A stretch of DNA of 64,000 nucleotides, taken from positions 5,356 to 69,355 of the forward strand of contig JBPYEI010000102.1 in NCBI GenBank assembly GCA_051985455.1, read 5' to 3'. Below the pieces are notes generated by a model. That model searched no databases. It was not told the DNA's origin and saw only the letters and a program-made list of their open reading frames with translations. Below, one piece after another: positions 9,246 to 18,362 of the stretch (the stretch's first letter is position 1; each line of letters starts with the position of its first letter). The position numbers and the translations under genes were made by a program. The stretch comes from Acidimicrobiales bacterium. GTDB taxonomy: Bacteria; Actinomycetota; Acidimicrobiia; Acidimicrobiales; AC-9.

Positions 9246-10352
9246 GTGGCCCACGATCCTCGGAAAGCACCGGCCCGAGTGACGACCCCTCCGTGGCGCC
9301 GGTTCCTCGTTTTCGCCGCCTCGTTCATGGCGATCATCGTCTACCCGGCGGCGACAACTACCACGCCCGCCGTCGGCGATCCTCCCGCCGACCTGCAGGC
9401 GCAGGCCAACGCCCTGGCGGCGCAGATCCAAGACGAGAACCAGCAGCAGGACCGCCTGACCGAGGAGTACAACCTGGCCCGGATCAGGGCCGACTCCGTG
9501 ACGGCCGAGGTGGATGCGGCCCGGGCGCAGGTCGGCCAGAACCAGACGCGGGTGAACGCCATCCAGAGCCGCGTGCGCGACGACGCCGTCCGTTCGTTCA
9601 TGGACGGCGGCACCAACCAGTCGATGGACGTGCTGAACGACGCTCGCTACGAGTCGCTCCTACGTCAGCAGTACCTCGACGTGGTGGCGGGAGACCAGCG
9701 CCAGATCCTGAGCCGTCTCCATCAGGCGCGCCAGGCGCTCGAAGCACGCCAGCATGCGCTCGAGCAGGACCAGCAGTCCGCCCAGGCTGCTCTCGCCGCA
9801 GTCGCCGGCGCCGGCCGGGCAGCCGCCACCCAGGCCGCCGCCGAGGAGGCGACCCTCTCCCACGTCAAGGGCGAGCTGGTCGGATTGGTCGCCCAGGCCC
9901 AGCAGCAGCGCCAGGCCGCCCGGGCCATCGCCGCCAGCGCCGGCGCGCAGGCCTCGGCTGCGTCGGGCGGTCCGGCTCCGCCACCCACCGGCGGGGCGGC
10001 CACGGCCGTCTACTGGGCCGAGCAGGAGGTCGGCAAGCCGTACCAGTACGGCGCCGCCGGGCCCAACTCGTTCGACTGCTCGGGGTTGACGATGTGGGCG
10101 TGGCAGCACGCGGGTGTCTCGCTCCCACATTCCTCCTCGGACCAGTACAACGACACCACCCGGGTGTCCCAGGCCGACGTGCAGCCGGGGGACCTCATCT
10201 TCGAGAACTGGGGTGGCGGCGGGCCGGCGCCGGGTCACGTGGGCATCTACGTGGGAAACGGCCAGATGGTCGACGCGCCGCATTCGGGCGCCAACGTCGA
10301 GTACGCCCCGGCCTTTCGTTCGGCCTACTACGGAGCCGGCCGGGTCCGGTAG
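9246..10352 (+). CDS. Secreted NlpC/P60 (C40) peptidoglycan hydrolase with N-terminal coiled coil (RipA-like layout)
   Basis: Signal-like RRFLVFAASFMAIIVYPAA, then a long Q/A-rich coiled coil. C-terminal catalytic region: GKPYQYGAAGPNSFDCSGLTMWAW...GHVGIYVGNGQMVDAPHSG (Cys/His). Confidence 0.85.
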   Translation: MAHDPRKAPARVTTPPWRRFLVFAASFMAIIVYPAATTTTPAVGDPPADLQAQANALAAQIQDENQQQDRLTEEYNLARIRADSVTAEVDAARAQVGQNQTRVNAIQSRVRDDAVRSFMDGGTNQSMDVLNDARYESLLRQQYLDVVAGDQRQILSRLHQARQALEARQHALEQDQQSAQAALAAVAGAGRAAATQAAAEEATLSHVKGELVGLVAQAQQQRQAARAIAASAGAQASAASGGPAPPPTGGAATAVYWAEQEVGKPYQYGAAGPNSFDCSGLTMWAWQHAGVSLPHSSSDQYNDTTRVSQADVQPGDLIFENWGGGGPAPGHVGIYVGNGQMVDAPHSGANVEYAPAFRSAYYGAGRVR

Positions 10353-10404
10353 GCCCGCCCCCGCGCCGGACCGCCGATCGGAACGAGCCTGGGAGACTGA
10401 AGCG

Positions 10405-11349
10405 GTGCGGGCGGCCACGATCGTCGACGGAGCGTTGATCGTCAGCGACCGCCTCGATCCCACTCCCGAGACCGGCCAGCTGCTGGTGCGCACGCGAGCA
10501 GCCGGCATCAACGCCGCCGACCTGCTGCAGGTCCACGGCGGCTACCCCGCTCCCCCAGGCAGCCCGAGTGACATACCGGGCCTGGAGCTCGCCGGTGAGG
10601 TCATGGCCGTCGGATCCCACGTCGAACGGTTCCGACCAGGCGACCGGGTCATGGCCGTGGTCGGCGGCGGCGCCCACGCCGAGCTCGTGCTCGTCCATGA
10701 ACGCACCGCGCTCGCCGTTCCCGAGGGCATCGCCTGGGAGGAGGCAGGTGGATTCCCCGAGGCGTTCACCACGGCGCACGACGCCTTGTTCACGCAGTGT
10801 CAGCTGGCGCTGGGCGAGCGGCTGGTCGTCCACGGCGCGGCCGGCGGGGTGGGGACCGCGGCCGTGCAGCTCGGCGTGGCCGCGGGGGCCCGCGTGACGG
10901 CGACCGTCCGCCGGCCCGAGCTTCGTCCCGCCGTGGCCGAGCTGGGCGCCGAGGTCGTCGGCCCCGAGGAGTTCTCGGCTCCGGGAGCGTTCGACGTCGT
11001 GCTCGAGCTCGTCGGAGGTCCCAACATGGCCGCCAACCTCGCTTCGCTGGCGATCGGCGGGCGCATCTCCGTCATCGGCGTGGCTGGTGGGGGCGGCGCC
11101 GAGGTCAATCTCGGCGCCCTGATGATGCTGCGTGCTCGCATCTTCGGCTCCACCTTGCGGGCCCGACCACTGGAGGCCAAGGCCGACGCCGCCCGGCGGG
11201 TCGACAGCCAGGTGCTCCCTCTGCTGGCAGCCGGGCGGCTGCGCGTGCCCATCACCGCCCGCTTCACCCTCGAGCGGATCAGCGAGGCCTACGACCGCTT
11301 CGCCGCTCCCGGCAAGCTGGGCAAGGTGGTCGTCGTCATGGACGGGTGA
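10405..11349 (+). CDS. NADPH:quinone oxidoreductase (zinc-type MDR family)
   Basis: GTG at 10405, preceded by GGGAGA. GINAADLLQVHGGYP, PGLELAGEV, VHGAAGGVGTAAVQLG. The upstream part of the 411-aa track ORF is an artefact overlapping the P60 gene. Confidence 0.85.
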   Translation: MRAATIVDGALIVSDRLDPTPETGQLLVRTRAAGINAADLLQVHGGYPAPPGSPSDIPGLELAGEVMAVGSHVERFRPGDRVMAVVGGGAHAELVLVHERTALAVPEGIAWEEAGGFPEAFTTAHDALFTQCQLALGERLVVHGAAGGVGTAAVQLGVAAGARVTATVRRPELRPAVAELGAEVVGPEEFSAPGAFDVVLELVGGPNMAANLASLAIGGRISVIGVAGGGGAEVNLGALMMLRARIFGSTLRARPLEAKADAARRVDSQVLPLLAAGRLRVPITARFTLERISEAYDRFAAPGKLGKVVVVMDG

Positions 11350-11354
11350 CGCCC

Positions 11355-11576
11355 TCAGCTGATCGTGACGACGGCCAGGCTGTGAGAGCCACATCCCAAC
11401 TGCCCACTGCTGTCCGAGCCCCACGCCAGCGCCTGTCCGATGGTCGTGGCGCTCGCCGGTCCGGCCGCCACGCCCAGCGTCGCCAGGAACAGGGACACTG
11501 CCGTCACCAGACCAGCGAGCCATCTCAGCGAGCGCGGGCGCTGCCAGGTCTCATGGTTGCGACGCGCACCTGCCAT
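11355..11576 (-). CDS. Small signal-peptide ORF carrying a single RCC1-like repeat; possible gene remnant
   Basis: MAGARRNHETWQRPRSLRWLAGLVTAVSLFLATLGVAAGPASA then TTIGQALAWGSDSSGQLGCGSHS (WGxxxxGQLG is the RCC1 repeat core). The ORF ends after one repeat. Confidence 0.3.
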   Translation of the reverse strand: MAGARRNHETWQRPRSLRWLAGLVTAVSLFLATLGVAAGPASATTIGQALAWGSDSSGQLGCGSHSLAVVTIS

Positions 11577-11661
11577 GGCCCTTCCCCCCCGTTTCGAGCC
11601 CTCACGGGCATGGTCGCACGGGTGCGGGGTCAATGGAAGGGCCGTGCTCCCCGGCCCGCAG

Positions 11662-12438
11662 TCAGATGGCTGTCCAACCCCCGTCGACGGTGAGGACCTG
11701 GCCCGTCACGTAAGTGCTGGCGTCGCTGGCGAGGAAGAGCAGGGCGCCGTCGAGCTCGTCCAGCTCGCCCGCTCGTCCCATCGGAGTCTTGCGCCTGATC
11801 CAGCGCTGCCCGCCTTCGTCGGCGAAGAGGACCTCGGTCATCTCCGTACGGAACCACCCTGGCGCCAGCGCGTTCACCCGCACACCCCGCCGCGCCCACT
11901 GGGCCGCCAGCTCGCGGGTGAGGTTCACCAGCCCTCCCTTGCTGGCCACGTACCCGGCCTGGGGAATCTGCCCGGACCCCACCAGACCGAGGACGGAGGC
12001 GACGTTGACCACCACGCCGCTGGCCTGCTCCAGCATCCGGCGTCCGACCAGCTGGGTGAGAACGAAGGCAGCCGTCAGGTTGACGTCCAGCACCTCCCGG
12101 AACCGCTCCGACGGCTCGTCCTCGGCGGGCTCCGGGTCCGCCGTCCCGGCGTTGTTCACGAGCACATCGATGCGATCGTGGCTGTCCAAGGCCAGCGCGA
12201 CCAGGCGCTCGAGCTCCTCGTCGCGGCTGACGTCACACGCCACCGGCACGGCGCCGTCGAGCTCTGCCGCCAGCGCCTCGAGACGGTCGGTCCGCCGAGC
12301 GGCCAACACCAGCCGGGCACCGGCGCCGTGCAGGACCCGGGCGAAGTGCTCGCCGATCCCACTCGAAGCTCCCGTCAGCAGCACCACCCGTCCGTCCAGC
12401 CGGAACCTGTCGAGCGGATCGACCTCCGCCTGGCTCAC
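11662..12438 (-). CDS. SDR family oxidoreductase
   Basis: VLLTGASSGIGEHFA (TGxxxGxG), NNAG, YVASKGG (YxxxK). GTGA overlap with the upstream gene's stop (12435-12438). Confidence 0.85.
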   Translation of the reverse strand: MSQAEVDPLDRFRLDGRVVLLTGASSGIGEHFARVLHGAGARLVLAARRTDRLEALAAELDGAVPVACDVSRDEELERLVALALDSHDRIDVLVNNAGTADPEPAEDEPSERFREVLDVNLTAAFVLTQLVGRRMLEQASGVVVNVASVLGLVGSGQIPQAGYVASKGGLVNLTRELAAQWARRGVRVNALAPGWFRTEMTEVLFADEGGQRWIRRKTPMGRAGELDELDGALLFLASDASTYVTGQVLTVDGGWTAI

Positions 12439-13775
12439 CGACGCGACGGTCGGGTGGTCGATGTGGTCGAAGTGGGCGTGGGCTTGTTGGCCAGGGCGTC
12501 AGCTCCGGGGGTGGCCGACATCACCACGGAGTCCCGCGTGCTGACCTCGAAGCTGTGTCCCGTCGACCACTGCATGCCAGGAAGCAGCTTCGTCCCGTTC
12601 TCCGTCGCGGCCGGGAGGCCCGGAGCCTGGGCGTAGGAGATGAAGTTCACCCAGGCGCTGTTGATGTCCAGCTCCATGGCCCGCGCGGCCCCGGCGTGGG
12701 CCAGGACCTGAGCAAGCGTGTAGACGCTGAGCCCGGGACCTCCGGCATACACGAGGGCCCCGTTGGCGGTGACGCCCACGCCCGAGCGCCACGCGAGGAC
12801 GGCGTTCCCGAAGGTCGCACCCCAGTTGATGTTCGAGTCGTTCTGGAGACCCGGCACCGGGCTGCCGCCGTCGACGATCAGGGCCAGGTTCTGCCGCACC
12901 GACACGATGTCGGGTCCCATGACGGCGTCTCTCCCCCACTTGGCCACTGTCGGCGCGCCATCGGCCCGGATGACGAGGGAAGCGGCCCCGTCGACGAGCG
13001 GCTTGGCGAAGCGGCCGTCGGTGTAGTACCCGCCCCGCGAGTCCTGCAGGCGGAACCCGGAGTTGAATGCGCTGACCACGTCCGGGCGCTGCAGGATCGG
13101 GACCGGCGTCATGGTGGGCCAGGTGCCCCCCGGTACCTCGGACCCGGAATAGAGCTTGGCCCGCAGCAGCTCGGTGTCCATCCACGCCACTCCGGTGACG
13201 ATGCTGGTGTGGACGTTGTCGGGCCGCACGAAGGCGGAGTACTCGGCCGGCAGCCCACCCACCACCCGGCCGATGGGATGCCACTCGCCCTCGCCTGGCA
13301 GGGGTGGGGTCGCAAGGGGAACGATCGGAGAAGGCGGCTGCATGTGCGGAGGACCCTTGAGGACCGGAGCCTTGGTCGCGGAGCCGGTGGAGGGGATCAG
13401 CCCGGGCGCGGGGTGCCCGCCCTTCGGGGGCTGGTGATGCAGGTACCACTCGCGCTCGACCCAGCGGACGATGCCGGCGCCGCCGTGGTCCCGCACCCAT
13501 TCGGTGGCATTGGCGCCGAGGCTGGCGCCGCCGGGAACGGTCAACGCGTGGCCGAACGACCATCCGAACCAGGTGAACCCGAGCAGGAGCAGGGCGGCGA
13601 GAACAGATCGGACGATCCGGCCCTCGGTCGAGACGCCCGTCCACAGCCGGGGCCGGCGGCGATGGCGCCGGCGCCGCCGCCGCTCACCCGTTGGCGGCAG
13701 CTCCGGAGGAGGCCCCGGCGGGGGTGGCGCGCCCGCGCGCAGGTCGGGTCGGGTGTCTAGATCCTCGTACGCCAC
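12435..13775 (-). CDS. Membrane-anchored phosphodiester glycosidase family (DUF2233-like) protein
   Basis: N-terminal Pro/Arg-rich cytoplasmic tail, one TM segment (VLAALLLLGFTWFGW), then an extracytoplasmic domain: SAFNSGFRL...GGYYTDG...VRQNLALIVDGG...GPGLSVYTLAQVLAHAGAARAMELDINSAW. Confidence 0.7.
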   Translation of the reverse strand: MAYEDLDTRPDLRAGAPPPPGPPPELPPTGERRRRRRHRRRPRLWTGVSTEGRIVRSVLAALLLLGFTWFGWSFGHALTVPGGASLGANATEWVRDHGGAGIVRWVEREWYLHHQPPKGGHPAPGLIPSTGSATKAPVLKGPPHMQPPSPIVPLATPPLPGEGEWHPIGRVVGGLPAEYSAFVRPDNVHTSIVTGVAWMDTELLRAKLYSGSEVPGGTWPTMTPVPILQRPDVVSAFNSGFRLQDSRGGYYTDGRFAKPLVDGAASLVIRADGAPTVAKWGRDAVMGPDIVSVRQNLALIVDGGSPVPGLQNDSNINWGATFGNAVLAWRSGVGVTANGALVYAGGPGLSVYTLAQVLAHAGAARAMELDINSAWVNFISYAQAPGLPAATENGTKLLPGMQWSTGHSFEVSTRDSVVMSATPGADALANKPTPTSTTSTTRPSRR

Positions 13776-13786
13776 AGGAAAGAAGT

Positions 13787-14827
13787 ATGGCGAAAGATCG
13801 CACGCGAGGATGGGTCATGGCGCGCCAACAGGGGCGATGGAAGGAAAATCGCCTGGCCGGACGCCATCGAATCACCGCCGCCGTCGCCTTCGTCCTGGTG
13901 ATGTGGCTGGCGGCAGCGTGCCGCGGCGAGGGTGGACACGCCGCCGCCCGTCCCGGCCCGGCACCGATCACCGCAGCGTCGAGCACCGTCCCTTCGACCG
14001 CCGCCACTTCGACGAGCCTGCCTCCCGCTTCTGCTCTGGCCCACGTGATGGTGATGGTCCTCGAGAACCGGGAGCAGGGCGACGTGCTCGGCAATCCGCA
14101 GGCTCCGTACCTCAACGGCCTGGCCAGGCGGTTCGGCACGGCCGCGAGCTCGTACGCCACGACGCACCCGAGCCTGCCCAGCTACCTGGAGCTGGTGGCG
14201 GGAACGACGTTCGGCGTCGACTCGGACTGCACGAGCTGTCGCGTCGAGGGCCCGAACATCGTCGACCAGCTGGACGCCAAGGGCATCGGGTGGAAGGCGT
14301 ACATGGAGGCCATGCCGTCGCCCTGTTTTCGGGGTGCGTCCTTCGGCACGTACGCAAAGAAGCACGACCCGTTCATGTACGTCTCGCATCTGGCCGACGA
14401 CCCGGCGCGCTGCCAGCACGTCGTCCCCTACGAAGAGCTCTCCTCCGATCTGAGCAACGGCAGCGCCCCGCCGTTCATGTGGGTCACGCCCGACCTGTGC
14501 GACGACGGGCACGACTGCTCGACGGCGACGATGGACGCGTGGGTCGGCAAGAACCTCGGGCCGGTACTGGGGTCGTCTTGGTTCGGAGACCACGGCATCG
14601 TGATCGTGACGTTTGACGAGGGCACCTCCGGTGCATCGTGCTGCAACGGTGCTCACGGCGGTCGCATCACCACGATAGTCATCGCCCAGGGGGCCCCTGG
14701 CGGACTGCGATCCACGGCACCCGTCGACCACGCCGGCACACTGGCCACCATCGAGGACTTGTACGGCGTGGCCCACCTGGGGGATGCCACCTGTCCCTGC
14801 GCAGGGAGCCTGAAGCCGCTGATCTAG
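13787..14827 (+). CDS. Phosphoesterase family protein (phospholipase C / acid phosphatase superfamily)
   Basis: ATG at 13787 after AGGAAAGAAG. TM/signal AAVAFVLVMWLAAAC, then HVMVMVLENREQGDV...SLPSYLELVAGTTFG...KKHDPFMY...LCDDGHD. Confidence 0.75.
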   Translation: MAKDRTRGWVMARQQGRWKENRLAGRHRITAAVAFVLVMWLAAACRGEGGHAAARPGPAPITAASSTVPSTAATSTSLPPASALAHVMVMVLENREQGDVLGNPQAPYLNGLARRFGTAASSYATTHPSLPSYLELVAGTTFGVDSDCTSCRVEGPNIVDQLDAKGIGWKAYMEAMPSPCFRGASFGTYAKKHDPFMYVSHLADDPARCQHVVPYEELSSDLSNGSAPPFMWVTPDLCDDGHDCSTATMDAWVGKNLGPVLGSSWFGDHGIVIVTFDEGTSGASCCNGAHGGRITTIVIAQGAPGGLRSTAPVDHAGTLATIEDLYGVAHLGDATCPCAGSLKPLI

Positions 14828-14840
14828 CGACTCCTCACGC

Positions 14841-15935
14841 TCAGAGCCCCAGGTCGAGCTGGTCCGGCGGGGCCTCCTGTGGGCGGTGCGGGCTCGGCGG
14901 ATCCGGCGTCGTCGGCCGCCCGGCGCTGAGCACCCGATCCGTCCGGCGGGACCGGGTACCACCGCCGCGGCGGGCCCGCGCCGCCTCGACCAGGCGCCCA
15001 ACGAGGGCGCTGAGCTGGTGCTGCTCGGAGCTGGGGAGATAGGCGCTCCTTCGATAGCGGCGGTTGTACGTGTCGACCAGGTCGGGGTACGTCCGCTCGA
15101 GCCAGGCCAGGTAGTGCTGCCGCACGCCGGAGCGCAGGTGCAGGGCATTCGTGGAGATCGAGACGGCGCCCGCCTCGACGCAGGCCTCCACGACCTCCTC
15201 CAGCTGGTCGGGATGGTCGGACAGGCCGGGCAGCACGGGAGCAATGAGCACGCCACAGGGGACGCCGGCCTGGTTGAGGCGGGCCACGGCCGCGACCCGC
15301 TGGCGAGGGTGGGGCGTGCCCGGCTCGCTCGTCCGCCACACCGCCTCGTCGAGGGTGCCGATCGACAGATTGGTCCGGACGCTTGTCCGCCTCGCCCCCT
15401 CCGCCAGGCGGTCGAGGTCGCCCAGCACGAGCGTCGACTTGGTGAGGATCGAGAACGGGTTCTCCGCCGCAACCAGCGCGTCGACGATCCCCCTCGTCAA
15501 CCGGTATTTCCCCTCGGCCCGCTGGTAGGGATCGGTGTTGGTCCCCATGGCGATGGGCTCGTCGCACCACCGAGGATTCGCCAGCTCGGCCCGCACACGC
15601 TCGACGGCGTTCACCTTGACGACGATCCGCCGGTCGAAGTCCTCCCCGATGTTCAGCCCCAGATAGTCGTGCGTCGGCCGAGCGAAGCAGTAAGCACAGG
15701 CATGCGAGCATCCCCGATAGGCGTTGATGGTGTAGCGGAAGGGCATCCGGGAGGCGGCGGGGACCTCGTTGATGACCCGGCGGGCGTTGACATGGAGGAA
15801 CTCCAGGCCTCGGTACTCCCCCTTTCCAACGTGGCGGTCCAGCAACTCGTCGTCGCCGAACAGCGCCGGCTGCCCGCAGTCGTCGTCGGCCAGCCGCCAG
15901 CGCAGCTTGACCGGGGCGCCTGCATCATCAGCCAC
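14841..15935 (-). CDS. Radical SAM protein (Rv2578c-like/SplB-like family)
   Basis: YRGCSHACAYCFARP (CxxxCxxC cluster motif); 364 aa. Confidence 0.85.
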   Translation of the reverse strand: MADDAGAPVKLRWRLADDDCGQPALFGDDELLDRHVGKGEYRGLEFLHVNARRVINEVPAASRMPFRYTINAYRGCSHACAYCFARPTHDYLGLNIGEDFDRRIVVKVNAVERVRAELANPRWCDEPIAMGTNTDPYQRAEGKYRLTRGIVDALVAAENPFSILTKSTLVLGDLDRLAEGARRTSVRTNLSIGTLDEAVWRTSEPGTPHPRQRVAAVARLNQAGVPCGVLIAPVLPGLSDHPDQLEEVVEACVEAGAVSISTNALHLRSGVRQHYLAWLERTYPDLVDTYNRRYRRSAYLPSSEQHQLSALVGRLVEAARARRGGGTRSRRTDRVLSAGRPTTPDPPSPHRPQEAPPDQLDLGL

Positions 15936-16066
15936 GCCCGCCTAGGCTAGTCGAACGTCTGTTCGGTCCGCCAGAGCGGGGCAATCGTACGGGCGCTGCG
16001 ATCCGTAGCCCTCTCTACGCGGTGCATACTGAGGGTCAGCGCCCGCCGCGGAACCGGAGAGCCGTC

Positions 16067-16918
16067 TTGAAGCCAATCCCTGTCGACTTCCACATCGGAT
16101 CCCTCGACATCCACACCTACGGGATCGGGCTGGCCCTGACCTTCTGGTTCTCCCTGCGCTACTTCGAGCACCGGTTGCGCAAGTTCGGCTACCCCTGGCG
16201 GTGGGCCACCGGGATCTTCCTGTGGGTGGTCGTCGCCTCCATCGTGGGTGCCCGGGTCGTGCACGTGATCGCCAACTTCAGCTACTACTCCAACAATCCG
16301 GGCGACATCCTGGCCATCTGGCACGGCGGGCTGTCGTCGTTCGGAGGGCTGCTGTTCGCCGTCCCCGTTGCCATCGTCCTGGCCCGTCGTCGTTGCCCGG
16401 AGCTGCCAACCAGCCGGGCGCTCGACCTGGTGGCGCCCGTTCTCGCTGCCGCCTGGGGCGTCGGCCGCTTGCTCGGCCCCCAGCTCATGGTGAACGGCGG
16501 GGGCCATCCCACCAACGCCTGGTACGGGCTGCAGTACGCCGGGCAGGCGGGCTATCGGATCCCGGTGCCGATCTTCCAGTCGCTCGAGAATTTCGCCATC
16601 TTCGGGAGCCTGCTCCTCGTAGAACGGTGGGTCCCCAAGCGGCCGGTCGGGCTCATCACCGCCTTGGCCGTCGGCCTGTGGTCGGTCACCCGGTTCACCG
16701 ACGAGTTCTTCTGGCTGGCCGTACCCCGTCTCTGGGACGCCGTCGAGGTCGTGGCGCTGATCCTCGCCGCCAGCGGCTTGATCGCCGCGGCCGTCCTGTG
16801 GCGACGACAACCCCACGTCTACATGACGCGCCCCGAGGAAGCTCAGCCCGAGCCGCAACCGAGCTCCGAGGTGCCGGCCACCACGTCGGCCGAGGCTCAG
16901 CCGAGCGGCGCGAACTGA
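16067..16918 (+). CDS. lgt: Prolipoprotein diacylglyceryl transferase
   Basis: IHTYGIGLALTFWF...GARVVHV...IWHGGLSSFGGLL, the Lgt pattern. I prefer TTG at 16067 (GGAGAG 5 nt upstream) over the track start GTG at 16022. The 3' end overlaps the convergent gene by 22 nt. Confidence 0.8.
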   Translation: MKPIPVDFHIGSLDIHTYGIGLALTFWFSLRYFEHRLRKFGYPWRWATGIFLWVVVASIVGARVVHVIANFSYYSNNPGDILAIWHGGLSSFGGLLFAVPVAIVLARRRCPELPTSRALDLVAPVLAAAWGVGRLLGPQLMVNGGGHPTNAWYGLQYAGQAGYRIPVPIFQSLENFAIFGSLLLVERWVPKRPVGLITALAVGLWSVTRFTDEFFWLAVPRLWDAVEVVALILAASGLIAAAVLWRRQPHVYMTRPEEAQPEPQPSSEVPATTSAEAQPSGAN

Positions 16919-17697
16919 CCCGGACGTCGGCCCGATCCCGGCGGGCCGGCGAACGCCTGGGCGATCTCCATCCACTCCCGAGCCCGGGGCCCCTCGGCGA
17001 CGACGTCGGTGTCGTCCACGTGTCGGCGCTGGGTCACGACCAGACAAAATCCGAGCGCCGATCCTCGCACCACATCCACCGAGCCCTCGGCCTCCCAGGC
17101 CCACGTGACGCCCGAAGGAGCGACGAGCTCGACGCTGACCGGTTCGGCCGGCGGCTCTCGGCCTCGCACGGTGTAGCTGAACGACCGGGATCGCACGCCG
17201 ATGTGAGCGACGTGACGAAGGCGGTCGGTCGGAGCACGGGCGACGCCCACCCCGTCGACCACGTCCTGACCGTGGGCCCACGCCTCCATGAGCCGGGCGC
17301 TGACGAAGGATGCCAGGCTCATGGGCGGTCCGTACCAGGGAACGCGAGCGCCGACATCGGCCGCTGCCACCGCGGCCAGCAGGCCCTCACGCCCGCGCCG
17401 CCAGGAGACGAGCAGCTCTCCGATGGCCATGCCGCGGGCCTCGTCCAGGTGGCGCTCGGTGAAGTCAGCTCCCTCGGCCAGCACCGCCTCGACCTCGGCC
17501 CGGAAGAGATCCGGTGCCGTGAGCGCCCTCGTGGCCGCGCCGTCGAAGAAGGTCAGGTGCCCGATCTGGTCGGCGACGCTCCACCCCTCGGCGGGTGTGG
17601 GCCGACTCCAGTCACGCTCGTCGAGACCCGCCATGACTGCGTCGAGGTCCTCCTGCTCGGCGACCAGGTCGGCCCGGATCTCGTCGATGCTGACCAT
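16897..17697 (-). CDS. DinB/MDMPI-like (TIGR03084-type, maleylpyruvate-isomerase N-terminal domain) protein
   Basis: ATG at 17697 (MVSIDEIRADLVAEQEDL...WSVADQIGHLTFFD...SARLMEAWAHGQD). Confidence 0.7.
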   Translation of the reverse strand: MVSIDEIRADLVAEQEDLDAVMAGLDERDWSRPTPAEGWSVADQIGHLTFFDGAATRALTAPDLFRAEVEAVLAEGADFTERHLDEARGMAIGELLVSWRRGREGLLAAVAAADVGARVPWYGPPMSLASFVSARLMEAWAHGQDVVDGVGVARAPTDRLRHVAHIGVRSRSFSYTVRGREPPAEPVSVELVAPSGVTWAWEAEGSVDVVRGSALGFCLVVTQRRHVDDTDVVAEGPRAREWMEIAQAFAGPPGSGRRPGQFAPLG

Positions 17698-17756
17698 GGC
17701 GAAGGCAGACCGTAGCCCTCGCCGTATGCTTCTGACCAGCAACAAGACGGGAGGAG

Positions 17757-18362
17757 GTGGACGTGGTGTCCAGCTCGACAGCCCTGATCGTGACCGATGT
17801 CCAGCGGGACTTCTGTCCGGGCGGATCGCTCGCCGTCGAGGGAGGCGACGAGGTCGCCCGCCGCATCACGGCGTGGGTCCAGGCCCATCGGGATCTCTAC
17901 GGCTCCGTCGTCGCCACCAAGGACGCCCACGAAGCCCCCTGGCACCACTTCACGGACCATCCCGATTACCTCAACACCTGGCCGCCCCACTGCGTCATAG
18001 GCACCCCGGGGGCCGAGTTCCACGCCGACCTGAATGTCGACCCGGCGGCCGTCTTCTCGAAGGGTCGCTTCCGGGCGGCCTACTCGGGCTTCGAGGGCAC
18101 CGACCCCGAGGGCACCTACCTGGAGAACTGGCTGCGCCTGCACGGCATCGACGAGGTGCACGTGGCCGGTCTCACCAGCGACTACTGCGTGGGCGCCACG
18201 GCGTGGGACGCGGTGCACGCCGGCTTTCGCACGACCGTGCTCGAGGACCTGTGCGCCGGCGTCTCGCCGGACACGACGGCGTCGGTGCGGACCGAGCTGC
18301 TGGCTGTCGCCATCCCCTTCGTGAACAGCGACAGCGTCGTCGGAGAGAAGCGACCGGCGTGA
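17757..18362 (+). CDS. pncA: Nicotinamidase/pyrazinamidase (isochorismatase family)
   Basis: ALIVTDVQRDFCPGGSLAV (catalytic Asp), TKDAH (Lys), GLTSDYCV (Cys). GTG start. Confidence 0.8.
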   Translation: MDVVSSSTALIVTDVQRDFCPGGSLAVEGGDEVARRITAWVQAHRDLYGSVVATKDAHEAPWHHFTDHPDYLNTWPPHCVIGTPGAEFHADLNVDPAAVFSKGRFRAAYSGFEGTDPEGTYLENWLRLHGIDEVHVAGLTSDYCVGATAWDAVHAGFRTTVLEDLCAGVSPDTTASVRTELLAVAIPFVNSDSVVGEKRPA

